Positions 8,408 to 18,201 are shown, numbered from the stretch's first letter. The stretch: DNA of 29,939 bases from Atribacterota bacterium (GCA_040767965.1 JAXGNR010000016.1:1-29939); one strand, 5' to 3'. The notes: a model not told the origin generated them from the letters alone. Translations and numbers: made by a program.

Positions 8408-10147
8408 TTAAACTGACAATACTTTTTTAAGAAAAACCTCTACAATTTCAGGGTCAAACTGGCTTCCTGCTCCTTTTTTCAACTGCAGGACAGTCTCTTC
8501 CTTGCTTAAGGCTTTCCGGTAGGGACGGTCATCGGTCATGGCATCATAGGCATCTGCCACCATGATAATCCTGGATTGCAGCGGTATCTCTTCTCCCCGC
8601 AGTCCACCTGGGTAACCTTTGCCATCCCATCTTTCATGATGATAAAGCACAATTTCGGCTATTGGGCCATATTCATTAACTGAGCTTAAAATATTATAGC
8701 TGAGCTCAGGATGTCTTTTGATTTCTTTCCATTCATAATCGGTAAGAGGGCCTCTTTTATTCAAAATATCACTATGAATGGCAATTTTTCCAATATCGTG
8801 GTACTCCCCTGCAACTTTAAGCTCTTTTATTTCTGCTTCACTTAATCCCAGAGCAGAACCGATTGCCACACTGATTTTGCTGACTCTTCTGGCATGATCT
8901 CTTTCCCTGGATTCCTTGTTAAATAAGGTATCGATAATAATCTGAAGAGATTGCTGGCGTTGATCGTCTTTTTTATAGGCTTTTTTGCTATACATATAAT
9001 CTTCAGCTCTTTTAAAAACACTTGCAATATCTTCCTTCTCATTTGCCTTGGTTTCCCAGCCAAAAGAGGCAGAAACCGGCAGATTTCTGATTTTCTTTTT
9101 ATGAATTGCCTCAATCAAACGATCACCCAGAATGGCAACCTGCAAATGGTCTGTTTTTGGCAATAAAATCACAAATTCATCTCCACCAATACGGGCAATA
9201 ATATCATCTGCCCGGCATTCCTCTTTTAAAACCTGAGCAACTTTTTGCAGCAGCTGGTCCCCAGCTTCATGGCCAAAGGCATCATTGGTCAGTTTTAATC
9301 CATTTACATCAACCATGACCAGACTAAGAGGCAGGTTTCTTAAAGTATCCAGTCTTTTCAGTTCTTCTTCAAAAAAACGACGGTTATACAATCCGGTTAA
9401 CTGGTCAGCATAACTTAATTCTTTTACCTCCTGTACCGAGATTCTGATTCTATGTCTCATTTCATTCAGATAATCGACAAGCATCTGCAGCTCATCCTGT
9501 ATTTTTAAACTTCGCTGCAGAATCAATGACTGGCTTTTTTCACCGGGATTGTCTGTCTTGATAAAACGGGCAATCACTATCAGATTTTTCCCGATAACAA
9601 AATAGAAAGCACCTGCTACAATGGATGCTAAAACAAAAGCGAGCAAGGTCTGCAGCAAAAAGAAGGAATAAGCATTGTGAATCACTCCTGATTTTATCAG
9701 GGCTGTATTGGTATAAAAAATAATAGCCCCGATCTCCCGTTCTGTATCCCGATAGGGATAAATGAGCTTATAAGTAACAGGCTCCTGGGACTCCTGGATA
9801 TCTTTTCCGGCAACCCAGAAATGCTGAGCATCATCATATACTTCTACCCGATCGATAAAATCAAATTGAGTAAGCCCTTCAATCTGACTCTGTAAATGTT
9901 CATAATTGGTTATCCATAAGCTGGAAACAATAACAGGGACATGAAGGTCTTTGATATGAACCAAAGTGTTTTTTAAGTGATTTATCTCGTTTCGATGAAG
10001 CACTAAACTATGAATCACCGTCACAACTATAGCCAGAAAAAGAAAGGCAATCAAACAATATAGAAATACTCTCCAGGTAGTAGAATCTTTCCAGTTAAAC
10101 CCTCGGGAAACGTTTGTCATTTTTTTCTTCTCCTCTAATGTTTTCAC
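8408..10147 (-). CDS. Membrane sensor with GGDEF and HD-GYP domains
   Basis: Two TM segments, a HAMP-like linker, DQLTGLYNRR, I-site RADD, GGDEF, HDIGK, HHERWDGKGYP. The start may be the ATG at 10120. Confidence 0.93.
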   Translation of the reverse strand: MKTLEEKKKMTNVSRGFNWKDSTTWRVFLYCLIAFLFLAIVVTVIHSLVLHRNEINHLKNTLVHIKDLHVPVIVSSLWITNYEHLQSQIEGLTQFDFIDRVEVYDDAQHFWVAGKDIQESQEPVTYKLIYPYRDTEREIGAIIFYTNTALIKSGVIHNAYSFFLLQTLLAFVLASIVAGAFYFVIGKNLIVIARFIKTDNPGEKSQSLILQRSLKIQDELQMLVDYLNEMRHRIRISVQEVKELSYADQLTGLYNRRFFEEELKRLDTLRNLPLSLVMVDVNGLKLTNDAFGHEAGDQLLQKVAQVLKEECRADDIIARIGGDEFVILLPKTDHLQVAILGDRLIEAIHKKKIRNLPVSASFGWETKANEKEDIASVFKRAEDYMYSKKAYKKDDQRQQSLQIIIDTLFNKESRERDHARRVSKISVAIGSALGLSEAEIKELKVAGEYHDIGKIAIHSDILNKRGPLTDYEWKEIKRHPELSYNILSSVNEYGPIAEIVLYHHERWDGKGYPGGLRGEEIPLQSRIIMVADAYDAMTDDRPYRKALSKEETVLQLKKGAGSQFDPEIVEVFLKKVLSV

Positions 10148-10157
10148 ATTATGACTA

Positions 10158-10928
10158 TCATCTTACTACTTTATTGCCTTGAATTAAATGACCGGTTGTT
10201 TCCTGGACAATTAAATCATATGTCCCGTCTTCTTTCATATCTCTTAATGCTTCTGCAACTTTATCTATCAAATGTTCATGTTTTTTATTCAGATATAAAT
10301 ACATTTCCCGACTTGCCAGAGGGGGTTCCAGATGATAAATATCACTCAGGCCACGCAGCATAAGCTGCTCATAACCGGCTAATTTGGAATATAAGGCAAT
10401 ATCGAGTCGGTCTTTATCCAGCATATTAAATAATTCGGTTTCAGTGGGCACCAAAGTCACATAGGGAAAACCTGAAGTATTATCCTCAAGGATTTTCCAG
10501 CCCTGGACAACTCCAATATCCAAATTCCTGATGCTCTCCCATCCGTTTATTTTATAATCCTTTTTGGAAAAAGCTACAAAATGCATGACCATATTTGGTT
10601 CAGGAACTCGAATTAAATTCGGATAATTTTCTTCCATGCCTGCAATCCGGTTTATTTCCGCATCAAGAAATCCTTCATTTACATCTTCCAGAGATCTTCC
10701 GGTTGGGTTAAAAACCACTTCAGCATTTATTCCTATTCTATTGAAAGCCTCTTTCACAATCCTGTCCAGCATGCCGGTTTGTTCAGGTGTAGATAAAAGA
10801 CTCTTATAAGATGTACTAATAGTTAAAACAGATGATTTCTCATCAATTTGGCTCTGAGAAAAGGCAGTTAAATTTATAAATCCTAAAAAGATATAAATAC
10901 TCATCACAATGACTGTGAATTTTTTCAT
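10158..10928 (-). CDS. Extracytoplasmic substrate-binding protein (family 3-like), probable sensor partner of the downstream GGDEF/HD-GYP protein
   Basis: AAGGAG RBS, a signal peptide, and a MKEDGTYDLI C-terminal motif. No ABC permease is adjacent; it lies 10 bp from the cyclase gene. Confidence 0.82.
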   Translation of the reverse strand: MKKFTVIVMSIYIFLGFINLTAFSQSQIDEKSSVLTISTSYKSLLSTPEQTGMLDRIVKEAFNRIGINAEVVFNPTGRSLEDVNEGFLDAEINRIAGMEENYPNLIRVPEPNMVMHFVAFSKKDYKINGWESIRNLDIGVVQGWKILEDNTSGFPYVTLVPTETELFNMLDKDRLDIALYSKLAGYEQLMLRGLSDIYHLEPPLASREMYLYLNKKHEHLIDKVAEALRDMKEDGTYDLIVQETTGHLIQGNKVVR

Positions 10929-11555
10929 TTCTTTCTCCTTAATTTTAGTTTGCATTTACAAATAAAGTTAATTACTTTCGTGAAAATCTTATTTTAAGGC
11001 ACTAACAATACACTATTATTATTCCCTAATTTAATAAAAAATCCACAAAAAAGATTTTTGCAAGAGCTTTCAATAAAAACAATAATTGAGTAAAGCTATC
11101 TTTTCAATATAACAAATGCCTTTTATTTTGTCATTCTTTAGATAGTTTTTATATAAAGAAAAGAAACGTGCTTAAGAATTTTTTCTTTAATTATTAAAAT
11201 GGTTTATATTGGCTATGGTTATAATGGTTTTAAAACATTTAATAATCCTTATTGAACATGATTAAATTTTATTTAAATTATATCTTATTCATTATATGAA
11301 TTAAACTAAAATTTATGTTCAATATACTTTATTTTCATTAAGAAAAATGATATAATTTAAAATAAATTGAAAAAATATTTAGTATAATTATTGTTTTATT
11401 ATCTATATAATATAAATCTTAATATTATTTTGGGAATTTAAAAACTGTTGTGATTTATTTTGCTTATTTTTATCAACTCATATTTTCTAAATTTAACAGC
11501 AGGAATTTGATCTGTCTTTTTGCAGATTGAAAAATTAATAGTTCTCTAAAATAAA

Positions 11556-11640
11556 TTGTAAAAAGCAAACTGTCTGAAAAGACAGGACGCAAAGTTATGG
11601 GCCCAAAGCAAACCTTTGCCATGGCTGCCAGACTACCAAT
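11556..11640 (+). ncRNA. GEMM-I cyclic-dinucleotide (c-di-GMP-I class) riboswitch aptamer
   Basis: GCAAAC-TGTCT-GAAA-AGACAG-GACGCAAAG...GGCCCAAAG...CATGGCTGCC...CTACC: P2 with a GAAA tetraloop, the GACGCAAAG junction, and P3 with a receptor-like motif, in the 5' region of a surface-protein gene. Confidence 0.92.
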
Positions 11641-11994
11641 TTATTTTTGTTCGTTACGGTAAAATGAAACGGATGAAAATAACAAAAGCTTCAACTGCCT
11701 CTACCCTTTCATTTTGAAATATTCTGAATATTTCATCCTTTTCTTTATTTCATCTTTTTCCGGATGATAAATATAAATTACTACCAGGAATAATTGGTTT
11801 CTATATTGCAGTTATTTAACTTCTATAATTTATAAAGGAAGGAGTTGGTTATTTGTTTAACTATTACTCTAAGAAATTATTTTGAAGGAGGTGAATCGCT
11901 TAAGCTAGAGAATATTTGTTAAATAAATCATTAAAAAACTTTCATGTTTAACTTAAGAGTGAAATCCAAATGAAAATGAAGGAGTTTAATTTAA

Positions 11995-14900
11995 ATGAAA
12001 TATAATAAGAATATATTTTATTCAGTCTTACTAATAGCATTTTTGATCATGGTTGCTGGCTGCGTCCCACCTGTTCCTCAAATTATTGAAGTAACAGAAG
12101 TCAATATACCACAGGAAGACCAATCATTAGAAGTTGGTAGTATTCTTCAGCTTTCTGCAGTGGTAACTCCAGCCAATGCCACCAATAAGGCAGTGGAATG
12201 GAAATCAAGCAATAGCAACATTGCCACAGTAAGTGAAGAAGGGTTGGTTACAGCAATATCCATCGGTGCGGTAGATATAACAGTCACCACTGATGATGGT
12301 TCGTTTACAGATACAGTTAAAATAAACATTATCGCTCAATATGGTAATGGAGATGAATGTGACACTTGTCCACCATCAGGACCAACAAAATATGCCCTAA
12401 CCATGGCTGTCTCACCTGCAAATAGTGGTACTGCAAACGATACAACCAATAACAGCCCTTATGTAAAAGATGCAGTCGTTAATATACAGGCTACACCTGA
12501 GGACGGATGGGCTTTTGTTGACTGGAGTGCACCCACTGGTGTTTTTGGAGATAAAGATAATCCAAATACAACCTTCACAATGCCAGGTCAGGCCGTTACC
12601 GTTACTGCCAATTTTGAAGAAGTCTATCCGGTTAATTTTGAAATTACCGGTTCACCAGGAATCCCTGATGCGCTTATAGAAATTTTTTCAGATGAAGCTA
12701 TGACTAATAAAGTAACTGAAATTAGTACTGATGGTGATGGTGAAGCATCTGTAGAATTACCGGACGGTGATTATTGGTTTAAAGTAACCAAAGATGGTTA
12801 TGTAGACTATCAAGGTAGTTTTACTGTTAACGGTGGTACTGTTAACCTTGATGTTATAGATATGGATAAAATCCTGCACGTTACTTTCAGTATAGTCAAT
12901 CCCGCAGGTGGAACCCTGATAGCAGAAGTAGATGGAACAGAAATAAGCTCCGGGGATGAGGTAATTGAAGGTAAAGAAGTTATCTTTACTGCTTCTCCGG
13001 TTACTGGCGCCAAGGTTAAGGAATGGAAACTTGATGGATCTGTCGCAGCAGGTGAGACCGGAAATACTTATACTGTTTCTGATCTGCAGGCTGACATTGA
13101 AGTTACTGTGGAATTCGAAAGAAAACCTTGTTTTGAGCCAAGAATAGCTGTCAGTGCAGAAGAAATCAGACCAGGGGATACCTTTACCATTGAATGGTAT
13201 GTAAAAAACAAAGGTTCTGTGGCTGACACCCAGGATGTCCTTCAACAGGTTGTCTTAAAAGATAAAGACGGAAATATTAAACATGAAGGTGCAGGTACAA
13301 CCAATACGGTAACTTTGGCTGCAGGAGAAGAAAAGTTGGTTGCAACTAATAATCCTAACACAGCTGCTGGAAAAGTATGGGCTGCAGAAGATGGCGATTA
13401 CTTTGAATTAACCTTAACCACTGATTGCGGGGATCCGGCCACTCAGAGAGTAGATGTGGTTATTCCTAAATATTTAGTCACTTTTAACCCGACACCTCGT
13501 GGAGGCTCCTTAATTGCAGAAGTGGATGGAACAGAAATAAACTCCGGGGATGAAGTTCCTGAAGGTAAAGACGTGGTCTTTACTGTTACCCCCATCGATG
13601 TGGCTCAGGTTAATCACTGGGAAGTCAACAGCACTGAAGTTCCTGGTGAAAAAGATAACATCTATACCTATTTGGATTTACAAATGGATATAGATGTAGC
13701 TGTTTTCATGGAAAGAATCCCTTCAGTTGTAGACCCTGATAACAGCAGTGCCAGCTTTATGGACAATACAAACGGAACCGGAACTATGACTCTTACTATT
13801 ATGGATCAATTCAATGTTCCAATGGATGGATTTGGTTTAGCTGATATGGAAAGAGAAATAGCCAATTGGGTTAATTTTGAACAAATCAATACAAATGCCA
13901 GCTGGGATGTTTCTCTGGAAAGCGCAGCAAGTGGAATTTATGAAGTACTCTTCACCTATTCTGATAATGGTGGAAATTATGGACCAAGGAACTGGAATAT
14001 CAGGGTAGATAATGTGGTGATAGAGGAAAATTTAAGTGTTCAGATCACCTATATTCCTCCTGCATTCTTTGATGCATCTTTTACCATGAAAATAAATGGT
14101 GAAGAAATTTCTGATGGTGGCAATGTACCTTTAGGATCAACTCTTAATATTCCCTGGTTAGTCGAAAATACCGGTGGAATGGAAGGCACTCAGGACATCT
14201 TCTATGGTATTTTTGCTGAAAATGGTGATCCTATTGGTGTAGGACCTTATCCGACCAATCCGGCAAATGCTGCTAAAACTCTTGCTCCAGGTGCCCAGTG
14301 GTTCTTTGACAGCAATACAAATATTGACAACCGTTTCAGTGCAGGCAATACCTATATGGTTAAAATTGAAACTGAAGATGATACAGAAATCATGTATTTT
14401 GTAGCCGTTGAACCTGCCTGTTTTGAACCGAGAATTGCTGTCAGCGCAGAAGAGATCAGACCTGGAGATATCTTGACTATTGAATGGTATGCTACCAATA
14501 TCGGCGGCATCGAAGATACTCAGGATATCTTGCAAAAGGTTGTCTTAAAAGATAAAGACGGAAATATCAAACATGAAGGTGCAGGGACAACTTATACAGA
14601 AACACTTGCTCCTGAAGATGGTGAAGTATTGCTGGGAACAAGTAATCCTAACACAGCTGCCGGAAAAGTCTGGGCTGCAGAAGATGGCGATTACTTTGAA
14701 TTGACCTTGACTACTGATTGCGGGGATCCGGCTACTCAGACCGTGAATGTGGTTGCCCCCTTCCCAGATGATTTATCCAGCTCAGTTGCCTGGATAGACA
14801 ATGAAGATGGCACCGGCACTATGACTCTCACGATCATTGACCAGGATGGTAACCCAATGGACGGATTTGGATTAATTGATATGGAAAGAGTTGTCACTGG

Positions 14901-15459
14901 TGGAATCAATTGGAGATCATTTGATAATATTAATGGTTTTGCCAGCTGGGATGTAGATCTTCAGGATGTGACAAATGGTGTTTACACTGTTTTGTTTACT
15001 TACTATGATGGTGAATATGGACCGGAAAACATCGATGTCAGAGTTGATGGTTATGTTATTGAAGAAAATCTGGAAGTCGGCATCACTGACCATGTTTCAG
15101 ATGTAGAAGCAGATGTGTCAGCGCTCATTTTGTATATGGAGAGCGGTTTCGCTAGTTCAATTTCGAATCAATCAACCTATCCGTATTCAGCAGCCTTACC
15201 AATAACAGGGCCTAGCGGTACAACTATTAAATGGCAATACATACTCTCATCTGGAGATATTATTTTAGATTCCAGCTTTGAGGATGATGACAATGGTTGG
15301 GATCTTGACCCGGTTGAATGGCAATTTGATGATGGCGCATCTGATGCTGCCTTTACCGCCAGCGTCTCCAAAGGAACCGTTGAAGAATTAATAGACTTCA
15401 CTATATCTGTTACGGGAACAGGCGCAGCTGCAGTGTTTACCATTAACTATATACCATAA
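11995..15459 (+). CDS. Large acidic surface lipoprotein with Big_2 Ig-like, InlB-B/Flg_new-like repeats, carboxypeptidase-regulatory-like and CARDB-like beta-sandwich domains (putative adhesin)
   Basis: Lipobox MVAG-C; PANATNKAVEWKSSN (Big_2); GWAFVDW...TTFTMP; repeated internal modules; RBS AAGGAG. Confidence 0.88.
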   Translation: MKYNKNIFYSVLLIAFLIMVAGCVPPVPQIIEVTEVNIPQEDQSLEVGSILQLSAVVTPANATNKAVEWKSSNSNIATVSEEGLVTAISIGAVDITVTTDDGSFTDTVKINIIAQYGNGDECDTCPPSGPTKYALTMAVSPANSGTANDTTNNSPYVKDAVVNIQATPEDGWAFVDWSAPTGVFGDKDNPNTTFTMPGQAVTVTANFEEVYPVNFEITGSPGIPDALIEIFSDEAMTNKVTEISTDGDGEASVELPDGDYWFKVTKDGYVDYQGSFTVNGGTVNLDVIDMDKILHVTFSIVNPAGGTLIAEVDGTEISSGDEVIEGKEVIFTASPVTGAKVKEWKLDGSVAAGETGNTYTVSDLQADIEVTVEFERKPCFEPRIAVSAEEIRPGDTFTIEWYVKNKGSVADTQDVLQQVVLKDKDGNIKHEGAGTTNTVTLAAGEEKLVATNNPNTAAGKVWAAEDGDYFELTLTTDCGDPATQRVDVVIPKYLVTFNPTPRGGSLIAEVDGTEINSGDEVPEGKDVVFTVTPIDVAQVNHWEVNSTEVPGEKDNIYTYLDLQMDIDVAVFMERIPSVVDPDNSSASFMDNTNGTGTMTLTIMDQFNVPMDGFGLADMEREIANWVNFEQINTNASWDVSLESAASGIYEVLFTYSDNGGNYGPRNWNIRVDNVVIEENLSVQITYIPPAFFDASFTMKINGEEISDGGNVPLGSTLNIPWLVENTGGMEGTQDIFYGIFAENGDPIGVGPYPTNPANAAKTLAPGAQWFFDSNTNIDNRFSAGNTYMVKIETEDDTEIMYFVAVEPACFEPRIAVSAEEIRPGDILTIEWYATNIGGIEDTQDILQKVVLKDKDGNIKHEGAGTTYTETLAPEDGEVLLGTSNPNTAAGKVWAAEDGDYFELTLTTDCGDPATQTVNVVAPFPDDLSSSVAWIDNEDGTGTMTLTIIDQDGNPMDGFGLIDMERVVTGGINWRSFDNINGFASWDVDLQDVTNGVYTVLFTYYDGEYGPENIDVRVDGYVIEENLEVGITDHVSDVEADVSALILYMESGFASSISNQSTYPYSAALPITGPSGTTIKWQYILSSGDIILDSSFEDDDNGWDLDPVEWQFDDGASDAAFTASVSKGTVEELIDFTISVTGTGAAAVFTINYIP
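12907..15090 (+). repeat. Internal domain duplications in the lipoprotein gene (B1-A1-B2-C1-x-A2-C2)
   Basis: A: about 13129-13461 and 14419-14754 (CFEPRIAVSAEEIRPGD...TTDCGDPATQ, near-identical DNA). B: starts 12907 and 13501 (GG.LIAEVDGTEI.SGDEV.EGK). C: about 13745-14050 and 14780-15090 (GTGTMTLTI.DQ...PMDGFGL). Confidence 0.9.
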
Positions 15460-15495
15460 ATTGGATTGTGAATTGATACTCAAAAGATAATTTAG

Positions 15496-15532
15496 AAAAA
15501 ACCTTGCCGGTTAAATCTGGCAAGGTTTTTTT
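15496..15532. terminator. Bidirectional intrinsic terminator
   Basis: AAAAAA-CCTTGCCGG-ttaaat-CTGGCAAGG-TTTTTTT between convergent genes. Confidence 0.9.
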
Positions 15533-15575
15533 AAATCAAACTATCAAAGAAAATCTATATAAAGTACACTAGAAA

Positions 15576-16694
15576 TTATATTCTTATGATTGTATTGTTT
15601 TTTTCCTTCTTCACTTGATACATTCCCTTATCAGCTTTTTTAATTAATTCATCAATATTTACTGCATCCTGGGGAAATCTCGCACATCCAATACTAACGC
15701 CCAGAAAAGGAATATTCATTTCCAGAAAATTAATAATCTTTTTTCTAAAAGTTTTTAAAAATGAGCTTATCTTACTACCCCGATATAGGCAAACAAACTC
15801 ATCTCCTGACATTCGATAAATTGTTCCACTGCTGCCTACTGTAGCAATTGTTGCCTCAGTAAATTTTTTCAGGTACTCATCCCCTTTTGAATGCCCATAG
15901 GTGTCATTAACTTTTTTAAAGTTATCCAGATCCATATAAATAAGAGTAAAAGGAATGGCATTTACAATCATTTCATCACAATCCAGAAAAAGCGCCAGGC
16001 GATTCTTAATACCAGTCAGGTTATCGGTATAAGCTAAGTTCTTCAGCAAACTAATACTTTTAGTATTTTTTACTATTATAAAAATCAGGTGATAATTAAC
16101 CAGGGCAGTTAATGCAACTAGGAGCCCTGTAATAATTTTCCAGATAGAGATCATGGAAGGAAGATAAAAATAGATTATGCATAAAATAAGAAATTCAATC
16201 AATCCCAAAAATACAAGATAATAATTCATCCATGCAGAGATATTTCTCAAGATATAGAGAAACTTATTTCTTACAAACTTTATTACAAGGGGAGTACTAA
16301 CAAGATAGACAATAGTTTGTATTATTAAAGCAGCCTGGAATTGATGGCTGAATCCAAGTATTTCAGATACCTGAATTGAGAAGAAAGTGACAGTCATAGT
16401 GTGAATCCAGGAGAAAAACATAATTGATAAAATCTTATACCAGGCTTCCTGGTAAAGATAATTTAAAGGGAGGAAATAAGTAAGTCCTAATAATATTATC
16501 AAGCTGGGATCAAGATAGGGAATTGTTAATATAAATCTTAATGAAAAAGAAGTCAATAATATAAATAATGTGCATAGCACAAGCATCAATACTGTTTTTC
16601 CCAGGGAAAATTTTCTTCTGGCACTGCGGTCTGCTGTTAACAGATTCACCAGTAACATTTCTAAAAATATAATCGTTCTTGCTAATGTTTCCAT
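15576..16694 (-). CDS. Polytopic membrane diguanylate cyclase (SGDEF variant, no RxxD I-site)
   Basis: Multiple TM helices, DNLTGIKNR, DLDNFKKVNDTYGHSKGD, RMSGDEF. Confidence 0.9.
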   Translation of the reverse strand: METLARTIIFLEMLLVNLLTADRSARRKFSLGKTVLMLVLCTLFILLTSFSLRFILTIPYLDPSLIILLGLTYFLPLNYLYQEAWYKILSIMFFSWIHTMTVTFFSIQVSEILGFSHQFQAALIIQTIVYLVSTPLVIKFVRNKFLYILRNISAWMNYYLVFLGLIEFLILCIIYFYLPSMISIWKIITGLLVALTALVNYHLIFIIVKNTKSISLLKNLAYTDNLTGIKNRLALFLDCDEMIVNAIPFTLIYMDLDNFKKVNDTYGHSKGDEYLKKFTEATIATVGSSGTIYRMSGDEFVCLYRGSKISSFLKTFRKKIINFLEMNIPFLGVSIGCARFPQDAVNIDELIKKADKGMYQVKKEKNNTIIRI

Positions 16695-17028
16695 ACTCTA
16701 TTCCTTATTTCAGTAATTTTTAGATTCAAAAGAATAAATTATTTCTATTTTCACCCTAATTCTTCATTTAAAATTTAACAAATTACTTTTTATCATATTA
16801 AATATTTTGTGTCAATTTTTTTAATTATAGCTCCAACCTTTATAAACCTTCTTGTAGCTTTTTAAATAAATAATACTAAGCAATAGCAGGTAATCCCGTA
16901 AAGGGAAAAACGCGAGCGACATTTGGGATCAATATAGTTGTTAGTAAAATAATTTTCAATTTTTTGTTCATAGTTTTTAGAAAAATATCCTCTTTATCCA
17001 TTCCTGTATTCTGCATTATCCTGTTTTT

Positions 17029-17064
17029 GTCGTTGGTCGTTAGTATTTGGTATTTAGTTAAAAA
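17029..17064 (+). repeat. 7-bp tandem array, inverted partner at 18397-18436
   Basis: gtcgttg gtcgtta gtatttg gtattta gttaaaaa; 17050-17064 is a perfect 15-bp inverted repeat of 18397-18411. Confidence 0.8.
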
Positions 17065-17142
17065 TCATTAAGTATGTCTTGAACTAACACCTTATTCAAA
17101 CTGAATGTTAATAGTATCGTTAATATTTTTTAATCATTACCT

Positions 17143-17189
17143 CCCCCTCACCCTAACCCTCTCCCTCCGCGGGGAGAGGGAATTATTGA
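17143..17189 (+). repeat. 47-bp REP-like palindromic repeat, copy 2 (no IS inserted)
   Basis: CCCCCTCACCCTAACCCTCTCCCTCCGCGGGGAGAGGGAATTATTGA, followed by a partial right arm (gaggagagggattt). Confidence 0.95.
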
Positions 17190-17228
17190 GTAACTTCCGA
17201 GAGGAGAGGGATTTGATAGTATTCGGAC

Positions 17229-17480
17229 TCAATACTATATACTTGATACACGATACATTATTCCATTATTGCAACGTTCCATCGTTCCATAATGCCACTA
17301 TTTATTTCCCTATTCTTCTATTATTGCATTATCTTGGTATTTTAAACTAATTAACCAATTAACTAACACAACTAATTAGCTGGAATTTATTGAATTAAAT
17401 TACCCATTCTTCCAATATTCCATTTTTGCAATGTTCCAGTGTTCCATTATTGCACTTTTTCGCTTTCCCAATCTTACAAG
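17229..17480. repeat. Mosaic of 7-bp and 8-bp tandem arrays
   Basis: Heptamers tcaatac tatatac ttgatac acgatac (17229-56); nTTCCAnn octamers at 17260-99 and ten units at 17401-80; AAC(T/C)AA units of about 8-bp period at 17343-75. Confidence 0.85.
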
Positions 17481-17492
17481 ATAGTTCATTAG

Positions 17493-17521
17493 TGGACATT
17501 TGTGAACATTAATGATAATAT
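17493..17521 (+). promoter_or_regulatory. Putative sigma70 promoter/operator of the Phd-PIN pair
   Basis: TGGACA-17 bp-TAATAT with an extended TGn; direct repeats gtggacatt/gtgaacatt 10 bp apart overlap the -35 region. Confidence 0.4.
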
Positions 17522-17540
17522 ATTATACGAGGTGATTTTA

Positions 17541-17789
17541 ATGAAAACTGTTAATTTAAGAGAAGTCAGAAACAATTTTAATAAAATACTGGAAATGAAT
17601 CAGGAAGTTATTGTAGAAAGCAGAGGGAAACCCTTAGCCAAGATAAAACCATTTACTAAAGCTGATATTGTACAATATTATCTGGAAAAGGCCCAGGAAG
17701 CATCTCTTGAATTAGGTATTACCAAAGAAAAAGGAGATAAGCTTTTAGAGCAGGTGAGAAAGGAATTGCTTGATGAAGGTCGTTATTGA
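17541..17789 (+). CDS. Phd/YefM family antitoxin
   Basis: RBS GAGGTGA; MKTVNLREVRNNFNKIL...VIVESRGKPLAKIKP. Confidence 0.88.
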   Translation: MKTVNLREVRNNFNKILEMNQEVIVESRGKPLAKIKPFTKADIVQYYLEKAQEASLELGITKEKGDKLLEQVRKELLDEGRY

Positions 17790-18177
17790 TACAAATGTTG
17801 TCATCTCAGCTGCTTTAGGTTCTAACACCTGTTCGAAAGTTATACTGTGGACGATTAATAATACAGAAATTATCGAACCCAATATCGTATCAATTGAACT
17901 AGAACATTTTTGTAAGAAAATTGTTTCACAACAGAAATTAAAAAATAATACCAAACATCTGGAAGACTTTTTTAAAGTTTTTCTATCCTTTTGTACAATT
18001 AAAAGTCCTGGCAAGATATTAAATATCAGTACAGACAAACCAGATAATCATTTTTTATCTTTATCCCTTGAGGAAAATGCTATTTTTATTACCGGTGATA
18101 AACTGGCACTTAATTTTGCAAAAAATAATAAGATTAAATCATCTTCTCCAGGTGATTTTTTAAAGAAAATGAAATAA
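17773..18177 (+). CDS. PIN-domain (VapC-like) toxin
   Basis: MKVVIDTNVVISA...DKPDNHFL...FITGDK; overlaps the antitoxin. Confidence 0.9.
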   Translation: MKVVIDTNVVISAALGSNTCSKVILWTINNTEIIEPNIVSIELEHFCKKIVSQQKLKNNTKHLEDFFKVFLSFCTIKSPGKILNISTDKPDNHFLSLSLEENAIFITGDKLALNFAKNNKIKSSSPGDFLKKMK

Positions 18178-18201
18178 TTACAGATATATATTCCATTGTA
18201 A

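Noticed and set aside
10960-11550. Replication origin in the very AT-rich intergenic region
   Set aside because: No cluster of DnaA boxes or iterons; it is adequately explained as a divergent promoter region.
13129-14754. DGR template/variable repeat pair within the lipoprotein
   Set aside because: Both copies are in-frame coding domains, and the differences are not adenine-specific; many are synonymous.
8408-16694. Hypr-type cGAMP synthase or cGAMP-specific HD-GYP
   Set aside because: Both complete GGDEF domains keep GHxxGD and the HD-GYP domains keep RPYR, the canonical c-di-GMP signatures.
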